Assembly (NCBI GenBank): GCA_951406725.2 | Contig: OX597828.1 | Location: 3,596,001 to 3,660,000, forward strand | DNA: 64,000 bases | Direction: 5' to 3' | Source: Octopus vulgaris | Taxonomy: Eukaryota | Part shown: one piece after another, positions 37,275 through 52,127 of the stretch | Numbering within the stretch: the stretch's first letter is position 1 | Layout: each line of letters begins with the position of its first letter | The notes under the pieces: model-generated | Told to the model about the DNA's origin: nothing | What the model saw: the letters and a program-made list of their open reading frames with translations, nothing else | The model's database searches: none | Position numbers and translations under genes: made by a program

Positions 37275-38253
37275 AGGTAGGGTGCCCTAGTTCAAGTGGA
37301 TGGCTGCTGGATTCTTGAGGGACGCCCCCACACGTGTCACCTGTGCCTGGAATCGGGCCACATCAAAAAGAATTGCCCCCAGGACCAGAGTAGGGTCCTG
37401 GAGCAGTTGGTTGTGGAAAAGCCCCCTCCTTCTCCGGAAGGAAAGATGGAGGTAGGCGAAGAGGGACAGACCTTCCCCGGAATAAAGGGGAGAAAAAGAA
37501 AGAAGGTGAGCAAAAATGGTTGCTCAACGATGGATTCTAAAGCTGCGTGAGGAAGCGTTATTCCTCCGGTTAAGTCGAAGGGACCAACCCCTCACGTACT
37601 ACCAAGGACAAAAAAGAAGAAAAAAAAGAATAGGACAGTGCCGGCGGTTTGCAGTGCACTGCCGGCATGATCCGAAACCTCGTCGGTGGAAATTGTGGCA
37701 CCGACGGAGGAAACTGTGGCCCCCACCCAGAGAAAATAGTGAGGAATTTGTGATATTCTTTCTGAAAGGATGTGCTGTAGAGAACTTTGTAAGAAGTTTG
37801 AATGTCGGGAACTGGCGGTCCCGACCTGCATTGGTAGCCCACATTGGTCTCCGAAGGTGGGTTCTGAGGTCATGGAAGAGAGTTACTTTAATAAGATAAT
37901 GGATGCCTTTTCTAAGAAGGAATTTAATTATCTTTTCTGGTTCTTCGACTTGCTACTGCGGGATTGCCTACAGGCGGCGAGAGATTTGATCGGGGAGGTG
38001 GAGTGAGAGGTCTTGATTTGGACCTCTTTGACTTATAAGAGGCTCAGCGCCTCAATTTATGTTACTGTAAGAGGTTTATTACCTCATTTGTGTTTTAAAA
38101 AGAAGAAAAACAGATCAGTGTTCTCGGCGGGCGTCGTTTGCTTCTCTCATCAATATCCTTATTTTGCTCATCATTCATTTCATTTGTGTTGTCCAGCCCG
38201 CACTTGCTTCTATCTTTCTAATGCTTTTATGGCAAATTTGATGAAATAAAGAA
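37275..38253 (+). mobile_element. L1/Tx1-like ORF1 (gag-like) fragment with 3' UTR and no ORF2
   Basis: LEGRPHTCHLCLESGHIKKNCP zinc knuckle (CX2CX4HX4C), basic tract GRKRKK, T-rich UTR ending in AATAAA at about 38245. Confidence 0.65.
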
Positions 38254-38321
38254 GCTTGCTTCCCAATCACAAGGTTCCTGGTTCACTCGCACTACGTGGC
38301 ACTTTGGGTCGACATACATAC

Positions 38322-38399
<78 letters not shown>

Positions 38400-38573
38400 A
38401 CACACATGATTTTATATATATACATAATTACATATATTTATATGTATGCATGTATCTATGTATATATGTGTGCATATACACATGTTTTTATAATATATAT
38501 ATACATATTTACACACACACGCACATACACACACACGCACACACACACACACACTCACACACACACATGCATA

Positions 38574-38609
<36 letters not shown>

Positions 38610-38626
38610 TGTATGTATGTATATAA

Positions 38627-39451
38627 GATATCTTCAGATGAGACAGCATTTCAAAATTCTGCGCCGTATTCTAATAATGCATTAGGGAACAGTGGATTCT
38701 CAGAGAAGATTCCGTATAATCATACTAATTCTAGGACTAATATATCACGTAGAACTAGTACTAGGAAAGATTTGTGTTTCAATCAGGCATTTAATATTGT
38801 AAAAACAAATATAGGTAGGGAAATCTTAAAACTAGTTTCTAAACATTTTCAAACTAGCCATAAGTTCTATAGAGTTTTTAATAGAACACTGGTAGTTACC
38901 TATTCTTGCTGCTAAAACTTCGCCTCTTTTATTAACCAGCATAATACAAAGATTATTATAAACAACCACAGTGCTGAATTTAACCAGAAGAACTGCAATT
39001 TCAAAGATAAGACTTGCTGTCCGTTATAAGGAAAAGGTCTTGAAAAGGAATAGTTTATAGAGTTAAAGTGCAATTCGATGGCTCTCAAGAATATAAAACA
39101 TACACAGGGACTTCAGAAAATTTAATCAAGCCTAGGTTTTATTCCCACCGAAATTCTTTCTGTTTCTCCGAGAATAGGACAGCAACAAATCTGCAAAACA
39201 TATCTGGCAACTAAAGGAGAATGACATCTGTCCTTTCAATATCAACTGGACAATTTTGGAAAAAGCAACACCATGTAAACATGGAGCTTCTAGAAGACCT
39301 ATGAAATGTAATCTTTGCCTTTCAGAAAAGTTCTTCATCCTGTTCCAAGATAAACATGTATTGAACCAGAGACATTAACTCTTAAATTCCTCCAGGCACG
39401 CTGCGGGGTTTAAAATGTCAATCGAAAAATTCCGTATGGGCAAACATTTTT
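38627..39451 (+). mobile_element. Penelope-like element, decayed RT thumb + GIY-YIG
   Basis: SSDETAFQNSAPYSNNALGNSGFSEKI, TNIGREILKLVSKHF, CNFKDKTCCPL, IVY...TYTGTSE, HIWQLKE, KCNLCLSEKFFIL; stops and frameshifts. Confidence 0.92.
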
Positions 39452-39865
39452 AACTTTTGGAAGAAATTTTGGCTTTCGCAATTGAATTTGGTTTTACACC
39501 TAATATATAATCATTTGTTTTGTGTTACAATGATAGTTCATATTTCGACTTCAAATTTTATATTTTATATCCGACTTTTAAGAAGGCCTTCGACTGTTTT
39601 ACAAATTCAAATTTAAGTTTCTGCGAGGTTTAATTTTTTTACTCATTTTTATATATTTAAATTTTAAATTATTATTTCAAATTTTATATTTTAAATTTAT
39701 GTACTTATATTACATTTAATTACATTAATTTATTGTACAATTTTCTCATTTTAATATTCTATATACCAGACAGTTTTTAAATATATTTGTATGCGTATAT
39801 ACGCTGTAGTGTATATATTCATCTTGATGTGAAGAAATATCTGCATATATATATATATATATATA

Positions 39866-40220
39866 GGCGCAGGAGTGGTTGTGTGGTAAGTAGCTTGCTA
39901 ACCAACCACATGGTTCCGGGTTCAGTCTCACTGCGTGGCATCTTGGGCAAGTGTATTCTGCTATAGCCCCGGGCCGACCAATGCCTTGTGAGTGGATTTG
40001 GTAGACGGAAACTGAAAGAAGCCTGTCGTATATATGTATATATGTATGTGTGTGTGTTTGTGTGTCTGTGTTTGTCCCCCTAGCATTGCTTGACAACCGA
40101 TGCTGGTATGTTTACGTCCCCGTAACTTAGCGGTTCGGCAAAAGAGACCGATAGAATAAGTACTGGGCTTACAAAGAATAAGTCCCGGGGTCGATTTGCT
40201 CGACTAAAGGCGGTGCTCCA
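39866..40220 (+). mobile_element. SINE family A, lacking the extreme 3' tail
   Basis: High similarity to the 9086 and 44421 copies. Confidence 0.92.
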
Positions 40221-41174
40221 AGAGATATATATCTACGTATGTTTGTTTGTATATTTGTATTCGTGTATATATGTGTGTTTGTACATGTATGTAGGCATTT
40301 ATGTAGATGTGCATGTTGTTTTATATGTGTGCATTTGCAAGCTGACCGATCCATCTAACATTTGTTGGCCACTTTTCAGGAACGCCACCTTCCAACTCAT
40401 CTTTTTCTTTCTCTCCATCTATTTTTCTCTTTCTAATATTCTCTCTCTCTCTTTCTTTCTTTTTTTATTTCTTTGATCACTTCCTTTTTTCTTTTCCTCT
40501 TTTTCTTCCTCCCTTTTTCTTTCTGATTTTCTTTTCGTTTTCTTTCTCTAGTTGTAACAACTAAGTTGTATATTTAAAACACACACGGAGAAATATGTGC
40601 GTATATATGTACGTGGATAACTATATATGCATTTATGTCTTGCCTGTATTTGTATATTTTTAGCCATTTACCAACGCTGGAATGTTTTGTGTATATATGT
40701 ATACATAGGGCTTTGTTATGTGTATATATTACTAAATGTATATTTATTTTATGACGTTAGTTCTTTTTAAATGTTTTTATTTTAAACGGATATATAATTT
40801 ACTTTATTTAAATACATTATTTTTTACCGTTAATTATTTACCCTGAGTATACAGGTATTTTTCCTTCTACTAAATCTATTTTTTGATATAAGGTTTTCTT
40901 CGATTGTTATAATAATATGATTTTAAACCGTAATTGTAATTTCATGTAACCAGTTATTGTAAAGACCGTTACTTGAAAGGATCAATGAAACAGAACCCTT
41001 CTCAAATGTGTATATTTATGCATATAACCTTTATTTTGTTCCATTCTAAACCCAAACTGTCCGACGAACAGTTTTTGTGATGTCTTTGCATCTTTATTAA
41101 TAAAGCCTATTACTCAACCTTCGGTGTTCGAGTTCTATTTTCCACACCTTGTTTCGCATTCATATGGTTACTCT

Positions 41175-41205
<31 letters not shown>

Positions 41206-42120
41206 CTATATATATATATATATATGTATTAGAAGTGCACACGCATACATATCTATTTTTTTTATATAATTAGCATTTTCTTATTAAGCATACGATGATT
41301 ATCATATATTTCATTGGATCCTAAAGGATTATGTTATTCGGGTTTTCAAAATGCAACACACTTTATATTTTGAATCAAAATGGCTAAGTTTCTCCGTTGT
41401 AGACAAAATGATAGACCCGAAAGTACGCAACGTGGAGCCTGTTTGCTAACTTTTCTGGGTAATGGGAAAACACGTTCGTGTTTAGTGAATATATCGCTAA
41501 TTAAAATAAAGTATTCCTTACATATATTCGTGTGTCCCAACGAAATGGAAATCTTCAAAAGAAATCCCTGTGAACTTCCAGTAATACATTTTAGAATAAA
41601 GGACAACAGTGCAGGGTAAGTTTCAATTAGAGTTTAAATATGTAACAAATTTGTTAGTTATGATTTCTCAAAAATTGCCAAGTAAGAAGAAATAGCAACC
41701 AGGCCCCTCCAAACAGCATTCCTTACTCGATATTGAAACCGGAACGGTTACAGCTTTACCATTATATTCTTCGGGACAACAATAAAAATATTTTACGTTT
41801 ACAACGACAAATAACTGAACAAACGCCTACGAATTATTATTACTTGTTTCATTGAGAAAGGATGGGGGACGGAATTCACACTTGACAGAATTTGAACTCT
41901 CAACATGGAAACATCAAAGCGAATGCCACGAAGCAGCGAGCCTCGATAGTTAGTGTCTGTGATGACATCCACGTACATCGTCAGCAATATCATTTACAAC
42001 AATAACAATTCTAAATCAAAGAACTCGACCAACATTATTGAAAAGAGCAACACCCTACATAACCTCGTTCCCCCCACCCATCCCATTTACTGCTTCTCAT
42101 TCAGCTCCATTTCGTCGTCG

Positions 42121-42164
<44 letters not shown>

Positions 42165-42239
42165 GTTACCACAAATATTGATTCAATAGTAAACCGAACT
42201 GTAACATCACTGTATTGCTGCTGTTGCTGTATTACTAAT

Positions 42240-42533
42240 ACGGCAACTACTACAACAACTACAACTACTACTACTGATACTACTGCTGCTACCAATACTA
42301 TTCTACTATTACTGCTGCTGCAACTACTACAACTACTACTACTACTACTACAACAACAACAACTACTACTACTACTACTACTATTACCACTACTACTGCT
42401 GCTGCTACTACTACTACTACAACTACTACTACTACTTCTACTACAACTACTACTGCTGCTACTACTAGTACCACTACTACTACAGCTGCTGCTGCTGCTA
42501 CTACTACTACTACTGCTGCTGCTACTACTAGGA

Positions 42534-42565
<32 letters not shown>

Positions 42566-42569
42566 ACTA

Positions 42570-42663
<94 letters not shown>

Positions 42664-42664
42664 A
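42240..42664. repeat. Long (CTA/CTG/CAA)n compound microsatellite
   Basis: Direct reading; source of the poly-Ser ORF. Confidence 0.95.
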
Positions 42665-43206
42665 AACTGTGATCACACTGCCTGGAGAATTACTAAATTA
42701 CGGAACACCATTTATTTCATACCATACACAGCACACACTACCGTCTCACTAACGGCAATAATATCACCTACGCACTAACAACACAAGTCACCGCAGTTTT
42801 CTACTACAATCAGGTTATATGTCAAAGTTAATAATAACAGTTTAGTTTATTTAGTGTTTAATCTCGCTCGTTAGTGTTCCGTGTAAATGTCTCTCTTAAG
42901 GCCATTACTAGAATTTGCTTAGTCTTGAATGTTCAGCCAATTTGATAGACGGACTGACAGCCAGCCAGACAGCGTCTGCATAGACAGGTTAGTAGGGTGA
43001 AGCAAAATAACATTAAAATATTCACACGAAAAGAAATCAAAACTTAACTATTGTAACAAAGTTCAGTAAGCAGGGGGCCCCACAATCGAACGTACACAAA
43101 CACGTGTCTGTGTGTGTGCACGTATGCGTGCGTGCATGCGCGCGCGCGTGTATGTACATTGGTGAAACTAAAAGTTAGCAGTAATTATATATACATGCAT
43201 ACATAC

Positions 43207-43253
<47 letters not shown>

Positions 43254-43302
43254 AAATATTGAGTTTCTAAATCTCTCGTAGAGAGGTGTACGGTGTACAA
43301 CC

Positions 43303-43338
<36 letters not shown>

Positions 43339-43545
43339 CACACATATATATATACACACACGTATTTTGTATTCACAGATATATATATATGTGTGTATAT
43401 ATAAAGTTACACACACATATATATCTCCATTTTAGGAAGTGGGTATTCTTAATGTATGTGTATTGAGTGGTGTATTTTATGTGTGATTGTAAGTATGCTC
43501 ATGAGTTTACATATTCATGTGTATATTAGTCAGGTATCCATTTAC

Positions 43546-43594
<49 letters not shown>

Positions 43595-44420
43595 AGAGAG
43601 AGAAAGGACGACGGAAGGGAAGGCTAGAGTGAAGAGAGAGAGAGAGAGAGAGAGAGTTCTATATTGGTATATGGATATTACTTTTAGCTGCTTGTGGCCT
43701 ATGCCATATCGGATTAATAGCGTCACATGATAACTAAATTTTATATGTATAAGCAATCTCCATTGCTCGTTCAAGCAAGGTGTTATTGTTTGTGGAAATA
43801 TAGCCAGGTGTGTATGAGACTGTTGGCTTGTCTGGAATTGTGTGAAGAAATTGAACAGTACGCACAGTAGAATCAGAAATTTAGATTATGTCACAAGGTG
43901 TAAGGTGAAAAATGAGTGTACGCCATACTAGCTACAGTTTGAGAAAATTGTAAAAACTCAACAGTGACTTTAATCCCCCCTGTTGGTAGGTGGGAGGATA
44001 AATTAATAAACGTTTAAAGTAAACTCAAGATGCTTAGACTGTATCAGAAAAATAAACAAAAAACAAAAAGAGCAACTTCATCAACGCACTGTTACTGGCC
44101 AAACATTTTCACTCAACCCACAAATGTATCGGAAAACGAAACATTATGAGAGTAAAAATAACATCTTTCCTACAACCTATTGCATCATTTTCTTTTAAGA
44201 TATTTAATGGAACGCGAGATGCCAACCTTAATACATATATTCCATACGAATAGCTAAAGAAAAATATTCATTCGCAATTGAAATCGGAAAGAAATCTACG
44301 AATAGATACTGGTAGAAGTTATTTATATTTTCAAGAAATTACGTTGCATTTAATCGAAGTAGCTAAATGCTGCTATTGGTAAAAGCGTTAAGTTGGGAGA
44401 AAACTATCGCATCTGTTGCT

Positions 44421-44820
44421 TACTCTCTTTTACTCTCCTATACTTGTTTCAGTCATTTGACTGTGGCCATGCTGGAGCACCGTCTTTAGTCGAGGAAATC
44501 GACCCCAGGACTTATTCTTTGTAAGCCTAGTACTTATTCTATCAGGCTCTTTTGCCGAACCGCTAAGTTACGGGGACGTAAACACACCAGCATCGGTTTT
44601 CAAGCGATGTTGAGGGGGGGCAAATACATACACACAAACACATACACATATATATACATATATACGACGGGCTTCTTTCAGTTTCCAAATCCACTCACAA
44701 GTCTTTGGTCGGCCCGAGGCTAAAGTAGCAGACACTTGCCCAAGGTGTCACTCAGTGGGACTGAACCCGCAACCATGTGGTTGATAAGCAAGCTACTTAC
44801 CACACAGCCACTCCTGCGCC
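44421..44820 (-). mobile_element. SINE family A, full length
   Basis: Reverse complement of the 9086 copy, head to tail. Confidence 0.93.
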
Positions 44821-45900
44821 TATGTTTAATAAACAACAATATGCTTGTTTAAATATTGTGTGTCCAGACTGGTAAAATTAATTTCGTTAAAAACTATTCT
44901 AATAAAATATTAATGAGCAAAAGGAAAGAAAGGAATATTCTCAATTTGTCGAACTGTTTGAGCTTCATAAACTGCATAGCGGTGTTCCGAGCAAAATAGA
45001 GTTAAGAAGCTCAAAATTATTTGCTGTTCACAAACAAAAAACGAGTCTATACATTATTTTCAGTATCAATACTGCTACCAAGATTTGGAACTTCAGAGGA
45101 ACATTGATCCATTGAAGGCTGTAGCAATCCTAACATCGATTCGAAGCTGCCATACAAATGCTGAGAAATATTACCTCATAAAGAAGCACAAGAAAGGCGA
45201 AGTTTATAATCTAGGCACACTTCAGGTTACGTATTTTATCATTTAGATGACAACTGACAAAACAAAGTAAAACATATCAATCATCAGGGAATATGTTCCT
45301 ACATAAACATTCAGAGACTGATGATAAAATAGGTGAGTCTCGAACTTTTGGATAGACATTTCAAAGTGACAAATTTTGTGTAATTATTGTTAAAATTAAC
45401 AACGATGTGAATATTGGCCGAAAATGTATCTTCTATGCGTCACATACGTAAGATTATGAGTTTACAATCCAAGTTAGTCATAAAATACCTGATTAACAAA
45501 ATATTATGAAGATTTCATAGAGTCAGATTTCGTGTATAATGACATTTTTCATGTAGCCTAAGAAAACAACGAATATATTCATGCAACGAAATATTTATAA
45601 ACGATACATTACGAAATATCTACTGAATAATATACAGTTTACCGAATGCAGATAACGTCACGGTTACATAATGCATACGTATCGCTTGTAGTCATACATT
45701 TTGTTCTTTGCGCTCAACGTTGTGTTTATTTACTCAGATTTCTTAGGGAAATCATAATATACAGATACATATACAAATATGACCCGCTAATATACATACA
45801 TACGTACATACATACATACATACATACATACATACATACATACATACATACATACATACATACATACATAAGTACATACATACATACATTCATACATACA

Positions 45901-46406
45901 TGGTGGCTGCCCCCTCGTTATCGAGTATGGCCATTGCACGAAGCTTAATCAATGTTGTTATCATGCAATGCCTGTGCAAGAAGATTTTTTTTTAAGTGAG
46001 GAAAGGCTGTGCACTGAGTCAATCCCACTCACTAAGCAACAGCAGCCATAATCAGAAAAGAAGAACAAGTCAACATCATCGGTAACCACTGAGCCGCAGG
46101 TTTTATGTCGGAGTTATCCCAGTTACCTGAGTTACCTTCTCCTAGAAGGATGCCCTGACAAAAGCTAGGAGTCCTTCACTCCCAATGGTTTAACCGCGCG
46201 ATCGGGTATTCAGTCCGATTATTTCTATGTCTCCGCGCATGATACAGCCTTAAGACATTTATTGGATGGCCGTTGACTCTCAAGAGTTCTTCCGCCCTTT
46301 GACGGGCTTTGTTTTTCATCCCGCAGGGTGTCCAATAAACACCCTCCTCACCAAGCAAGCTTGGTGGGTTTGCCGGATTAGTCGCCGACGACCCGACCAT
46401 GCAACA
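45901..46406 (-). mobile_element. Non-autonomous RTE-derived (bipartite-like) element
   Basis: RTE 5'-UTR-like motif CTAGGAGAAGGTAACTC on minus; 3' end GCAGCCACCA into (TGTA)n resembles the RTE end at 60511; no coding frame. Confidence 0.6.
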
Positions 46407-47429
46407 TACATACACGTTCCAATTCGCACTAATACACTTACACTTTATTTCACAAAAGCATATACATAGAAACTCAGTCACCTCACTTATTGACACAAAC
46501 ACATGCACACAAAGGCATACACATGCTTTCATGTACATAGACTGACACACACATACACATACGCGAACACACACGCACACGTGCATAAGCACAAACACAA
46601 ATCCTCTATTTTTGTTCCAGCATGTTAGATGTTTAAAAGCCAATGTATAGCATACGAAGCAATACTAAGCTTGGTAAATCATAGCAGAGAAATTTAAATT
46701 AAAAGAAAGTAATCATATTCCGCCACACTAAATGTAAATAATGAAACTGTTTCCATTGTTATTCTGACAACAGAAACATCATTTGTTGTTGCGTTACTAA
46801 ATTTTGAAATGCTGGTTTATTGTTATATTTTATTTCTATTTATCTTAACAGACAGCGTATCACTTCTCATTTTCACAGTTATTCATTAGCAACGTATCAA
46901 CACCACGAGATAAATATCAGCATCTTGTCGAATTCAACACTCAGTATAGATTTCTGTTACAAGTATGTATATGGTAAAATGCTTGGAACATTTCAAAACA
47001 GTTTGGCATCTGATTATATTTTCTTCATTACATATGTATGTAAATGTGTATGTGTATACAAGATTGTACGTCTTTATGTATGCACAGATGTAAGTTTGTA
47101 TATATGTATATGCGATGATGTATATTTGTATTTATATCTATATATAATACGTTATAAATATTCATACATATACGTAATAGAAACAACACACGCAGTATTT
47201 AGCAGAACTTAGTTTATTTACTAAAAACATAAAATCTCTTTTAGATATCTGTGAATAAGAAATGCAGTGTTTTGGTGCAGTTAAGAAGAAATAAACACAT
47301 ATTTCAAACACTTATCCTGTTATGCAAATTATGCCAGTATACTATAATTAGCTGTAAGTTTCTATTCTCTCCTTAGACAGAAAAATAATTAATTGATCTT
47401 TAATAGAACCATAACAGAAGTTGAACATT

Positions 47430-48200
47430 TCCTGGTCAATCGCTTCCTGTAGTCTCACAGACAATCATGTAGGTGAGTGTTTCAGTCCACTTGAAAAATT
47501 GTGGGAAATATGGGAGCAATATCACGTTCTACCTTGCTTTGGCAATGGTATTGCAACATTACATATCAATAACTTCTAGGCTACCACTCGTATTCATGTA
47601 TGACGTTGTAGCAAAGTTTTTTAGTTTCAAATGTAAGGAATAATCTTCATCAACAGTGCTTTGTTCTTTTGCGTGACAACTAAATACTGTTGACAGATTA
47701 GGTGTCGTGGGTCTTGCTTTAGAACAATTTCTCTTTTATTTTTATTGTTCATACAATTCCACCGAGCAACATTTTCTCCATTGTTAACATTCTTCCGCCA
47801 TTATTTGCAGTCAGTTAACCTCTTCTTCCATACAGTTTTATATCACACCACCTGGTTGAGTGCAATGTCGTGCGATTACTAACTTTTCACATTTCATCTC
47901 ACCGTAGATCTCAGTTTTGGGTATTTTTGTGTCCTTTATAAACATCACGTGTCCCACCTAGCATTAAAACCATTCAATTAGAATAGACTGAACGCTTTGT
48001 AGAAACGTAACTGAAGAAACCGGAAGCTCATCGGTATTTTTGGTATGACAATGATACAGTATGAATGTACTTGAAGAATACAAAACAGAGTAGTACTACA
48101 TCTCGATAAACTTTGCATTTTATTGACAAGTTTTGTCTCGTTGATTGTACAGTCGACCATCTGAGCCTTAAAAAGTGATCATAGTTGATGTATCGGCGAT
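47430..48200 (-). mobile_element. Highly decayed RTE LINE 3' part
   Basis: VGHVMFIKDTKIPKTEIYGEM (RTE motif W.GHV.RM.D.RIPK..LYGEL); decayed C2H2-like segment near 47560. Confidence 0.65.
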
Positions 48201-50300
48201 CATTCACCTCCAGATTTTTGTCAGAAATCGCACCGTAACCTTTTTCACCGCACTTAGAGGCTGACCATGCTGGTCTGGTCGAAGAGTCATGTTATAACAT
48301 CCACGGTAATACAAAACTTAGGTCACTTTTTACATTTATTGATAGCCGAAACAAGAAGCTGAGCCCTTACATTTAAAATGATTTGAAACTATCTGGATAT
48401 TTTCTTGTAAATATGTGTAAATATGCCACTTGAGCAGAGTGATCATTAAAGAGAAGTTCACGGATGCACATGTAATAGCACTTTCTAATGCGGTTATATG
48501 CCTGCATACGTTCATAAAATCAATATACATTACCGTGAGAATGTACACTTCCCTTGCGAGCTCGCTAGTCCTCGTTTGCAGCACAGCACCCTAACTAATG
48601 TAAGCTGCATGGTAGAGTTCTATAATAACAATAACAAAGCTGTTGAAATGTTACCTAAAATAATTAGTCCTGATATTTTGGGCGAAATACTCTTTTTCCA
48701 TAGTATTAGGAGGGCAAGAGAGAAATATGTCTGTTAGTTTCAGTACACTCGTTGAGTGTGGAATGCTCCATAGGCCACGTGTTCAGAGGTGTGCAATTTG
48801 TCGTATGAGCTGTGAGGGTTTATAGAGCTTAATTCTTGTTATGATATCCATGAACCAACAATTAAGCCATAAATTAATGACCTAAATACAGGTTCATATA
48901 CTTAAGAGAGAACGCTAAGACTACATCTAAAAGGCATGGTTATAACAGTAATACAGGACATCAAAAAGATTGGTTTCTTGTAAATATTTTCTTTTGGTTA
49001 CTGTTATTTTCAGTAAGAACATCTATATCTAAATTTCTAAAATAATTGGTAGTTGAAATAATTATAAATTTAAGCAGTATTAGCGTCATATTTCCTTAGT
49101 TACTCTCCATCGTAAACAGATTTATATATGTAAGATTAGAGTATCTGAAGACGAAAACATAATTAAGTAAATGAAACATACTTTGAACTACAACTATGAA
49201 TGTTGAGATATTTTTTTTATTCAAGAAATATCTTAATGGTTATAAATCTGACAAAATAATTCTGCGAAAGTAACAAAACAGTTAATATATTTTATATAGT
49301 TACATTTCCTATGTAATAAATACACACGTATACATACTCACATTCATACACATCGGTGGGCGCGCGGACACACACATGAAAGTTGGAGACTTCAAGCGTA
49401 AACACCACTCTAATATGATGAACAAAGATACTGAATTAAACCCCACCGCATGAGGAATTTATACTCTTAATACAAAACATTACTTACTATGACCACTACA
49501 CTACACCATTAAATTCTACCGTCTAGTACAACCAGACGATTATATCAAACTACATGGCAGTGTTATGAAACTGCTCTACACTATACAGATCAAAACCTCG
49601 CGCGTTTGTGTTTCATCAAAACTATTCGCTGCCGTATGAATGGCTGCAACATCTACAATTACAAGGAAAGGAAAATGATCAAAAATGACCAGTTTTAGGT
49701 GTAATGGTTAACATAATGAAAATAGTGATAAATGATATTATAAAGATGAATTGTGAAATAAATATTTGTTATTTGAACATAATGTTTATCAATGTGATGG
49801 CTGAAGATGACTTATGTGAAAGTTCAAAACAAATAAACAGTGGTGATGAGTACAAGAGACACGAGAACAAACAACACTAGACGCGAAATCCAATTAGTAT
49901 AGATTAATGTTAACAAGTAAAGGATATCATTAAAAGCAAACATTACGATTACAATATCGGACCAACAAGGGACTCATTGCGCAGTCACTCGACCTGCTAG
50001 AAATAACAACTAAATCTCATTCAAATCACATCCTACCTTCTTTCGAAAGAAGAGTAGATTAGATAATGCAAGTTCTAAATATAACGATTCAGAATAAAAG
50101 ACGAGAGGCTTAGACTGAAATGTCTTTGATCGTATGTTATACAAGCAACTTTCTGTTAATCACAGTCAAATAATTTCTTGATATCTTTTTATCGGGTAAA
50201 GAAATGCTTGCTTTCTTACATATAAACATAACACATAAAAAAGATGGACACATACACAACCATGTATTTTCTTATATCACTATCTACCTGTATACATATA

Positions 50301-50371
<71 letters not shown>

Positions 50372-50418
50372 CATTTGTATATACTATATTTATATATGTG
50401 TGTCTGTGTTCATGTGTG

Positions 50419-50477
<59 letters not shown>

Positions 50478-50482
50478 TATAT

Positions 50483-50998
50483 CGTCATCATCGGCTGTCC
50501 ATCATCGTAGGTCGACGTTGACTGTCCTTGTTTGATAATCACCTCTGCCAGGCTCGCATTTGGGTCACAGGGCCTACACTTGATCTACAGTAGCCATTAT
50601 ATCTGCTTCCAGTGAAGGGGGCAATAGAAAAGAGACGCCTCTCAGGTGCTCTTTAGTATTCTCTCTGTCCTATCTCCTTAATGACTGGAACCACAAGCTT
50701 TACCAATCAACGTCATTCATCACACCGCGCTGCCTTCTTCTCCCAGGTTATTGGGGAGATGCCTGACTTATTCATATATCTCTTCAGCACATCCCTGTAT
50801 CTTAAACTTTAGCCATCACCACTCCTGGCCTGATGCAGTTCAGCGTAGAAAGCTGCTTTTGGGGGCCTGCTGCCCTCCATCCTACAAACATAACTCGCCC
50901 AGCGCCGCTTCGATGATGTAACGAGGGCTTCCTCGGTAACTGCGCCAGGAATGCGATCTTGCCATCTGATATGCATGATGAAGCGCCAGTTGAAACTG
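50483..50998 (-). mobile_element. RTE LINE 3' fragment
   Basis: RFIMHIRWQDRIP, RRWASYVCRMEGSRPPKQLFYAEL, LRYRDVLKRYM...ISPITWEKKA; ends GATGGACAGCCGATGATGA. Confidence 0.88.
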
Positions 50999-51099
50999 TC
51001 CTAGATTATCATAATATTTATTCGAAATTCTAATGCGATTGTAACAGCACATTGAACAGTACTATCACTATTAAATATTACCTATCACAGCTGTCTTAC

Positions 51100-52127
51100 T
51101 AGCAGAGTGAATCGGAGACATGACTGCTTGTAAGCTCGCTATGCAATAAATTTTTGTGCTAAACTGAGCAAAACCATTACAGAAACTTATAAAATAATCC
51201 AGCAAAGCATCCGTTTGGCCCTGTGACAGGAAGTTCAAGCTCAGTAGAGAGGGGAGGAGAAATTATGGGACGTGTGGGCGGAAATGCGACGTCAGATTAT
51301 CGTAGTTATTTGAGAAAATTATAATTTTCTAGATGAAGACCCTCATGTCTCTGTAAAGACAATAGTCATTCAGTTTGGAGTTGGTGTGTCTGCTGTACAC
51401 AGAATTATTCATGAAGATATTAACAGTCGAAAAATGTGAACAACATTTGTTCCTGGGTTGTTCAGTGGCATGCAGAAGGGCAAGATGTATTCGTAACTGA
51501 AGCGAGATTATTGAGTATATTATCTCCAATTGAAGGGCATTTGAGCCTTTCGTGACCTGTGATGAAATCTGAATCTACTGTTATTTGCCAGAGATCGAGA
51601 GGCAGAATGCCCAATGGGAACATCCTGGCTCTCCCAGACTCAAGAAGGCCAGGGAAAGTAAGTCCACCGGGAAGCACATATGCCACATCTACATCCATTG
51701 GGAAGACTGTCAGCAAAGAATACTTTGTGGGAAATTTTGAGGGAGTTCAGGAAGATATGTCCTTGCAAAAGGCCACAGCTCTTCTACTCGGGTCGTTAGT
51801 ACCTGCACAAGCACAATAAAGCAGTTCACAATTCTATTCTGGTAACTAACTATTTGACGGAGATGAGCATAAAATCTCTCCTTCGCTCTCCCTACAGTCC
51901 ACATCTCGCTTCCTGTGTTTTGGTTGTTCTCTTAGCTGAAAGAGAACTTCTGGAGCAGACGTTTTGAAGACGAAGATTAAGAGGTCTGTTTCAAGTGTCC
52001 TGGACGCCCTAACTTGAAGGACTTCTATGCGCCCTTCACGAAGTGGCTGCATCGTTACAAGTGCTTTAAAGTCAGAGGATAATATCTCTCCTCAAAAAAT
52101 CTGAAAACTTCCGGAATGCACCTTTAT
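51100..52127 (+). mobile_element. mariner transposon, strongly decayed
   Basis: RYAINFCAKLSKTITETYKI, FVTCDE, QWEHPGSPRLKKA; right terminus GAAAACTTCCGGAATGCACCTTTA. Confidence 0.8.

Noticed and set aside
40560-41180. Possible PLE 3' region with hairpin AAACTGT-CCGACGA-ACAGTTT ending at (TA)n
   Set aside because: Could not assemble a hammerhead (no correctly placed GAAA or stems) or link it firmly to the 38.6 kb PLE.
41380-41620. 79-aa ORF with exon-like signals, including a 21-nt AG...GTAAG segment at 41595-41615
   Set aside because: No recognisable protein, weak acceptors, and such signals are expected by chance in 64 kb; needs RNA-seq.
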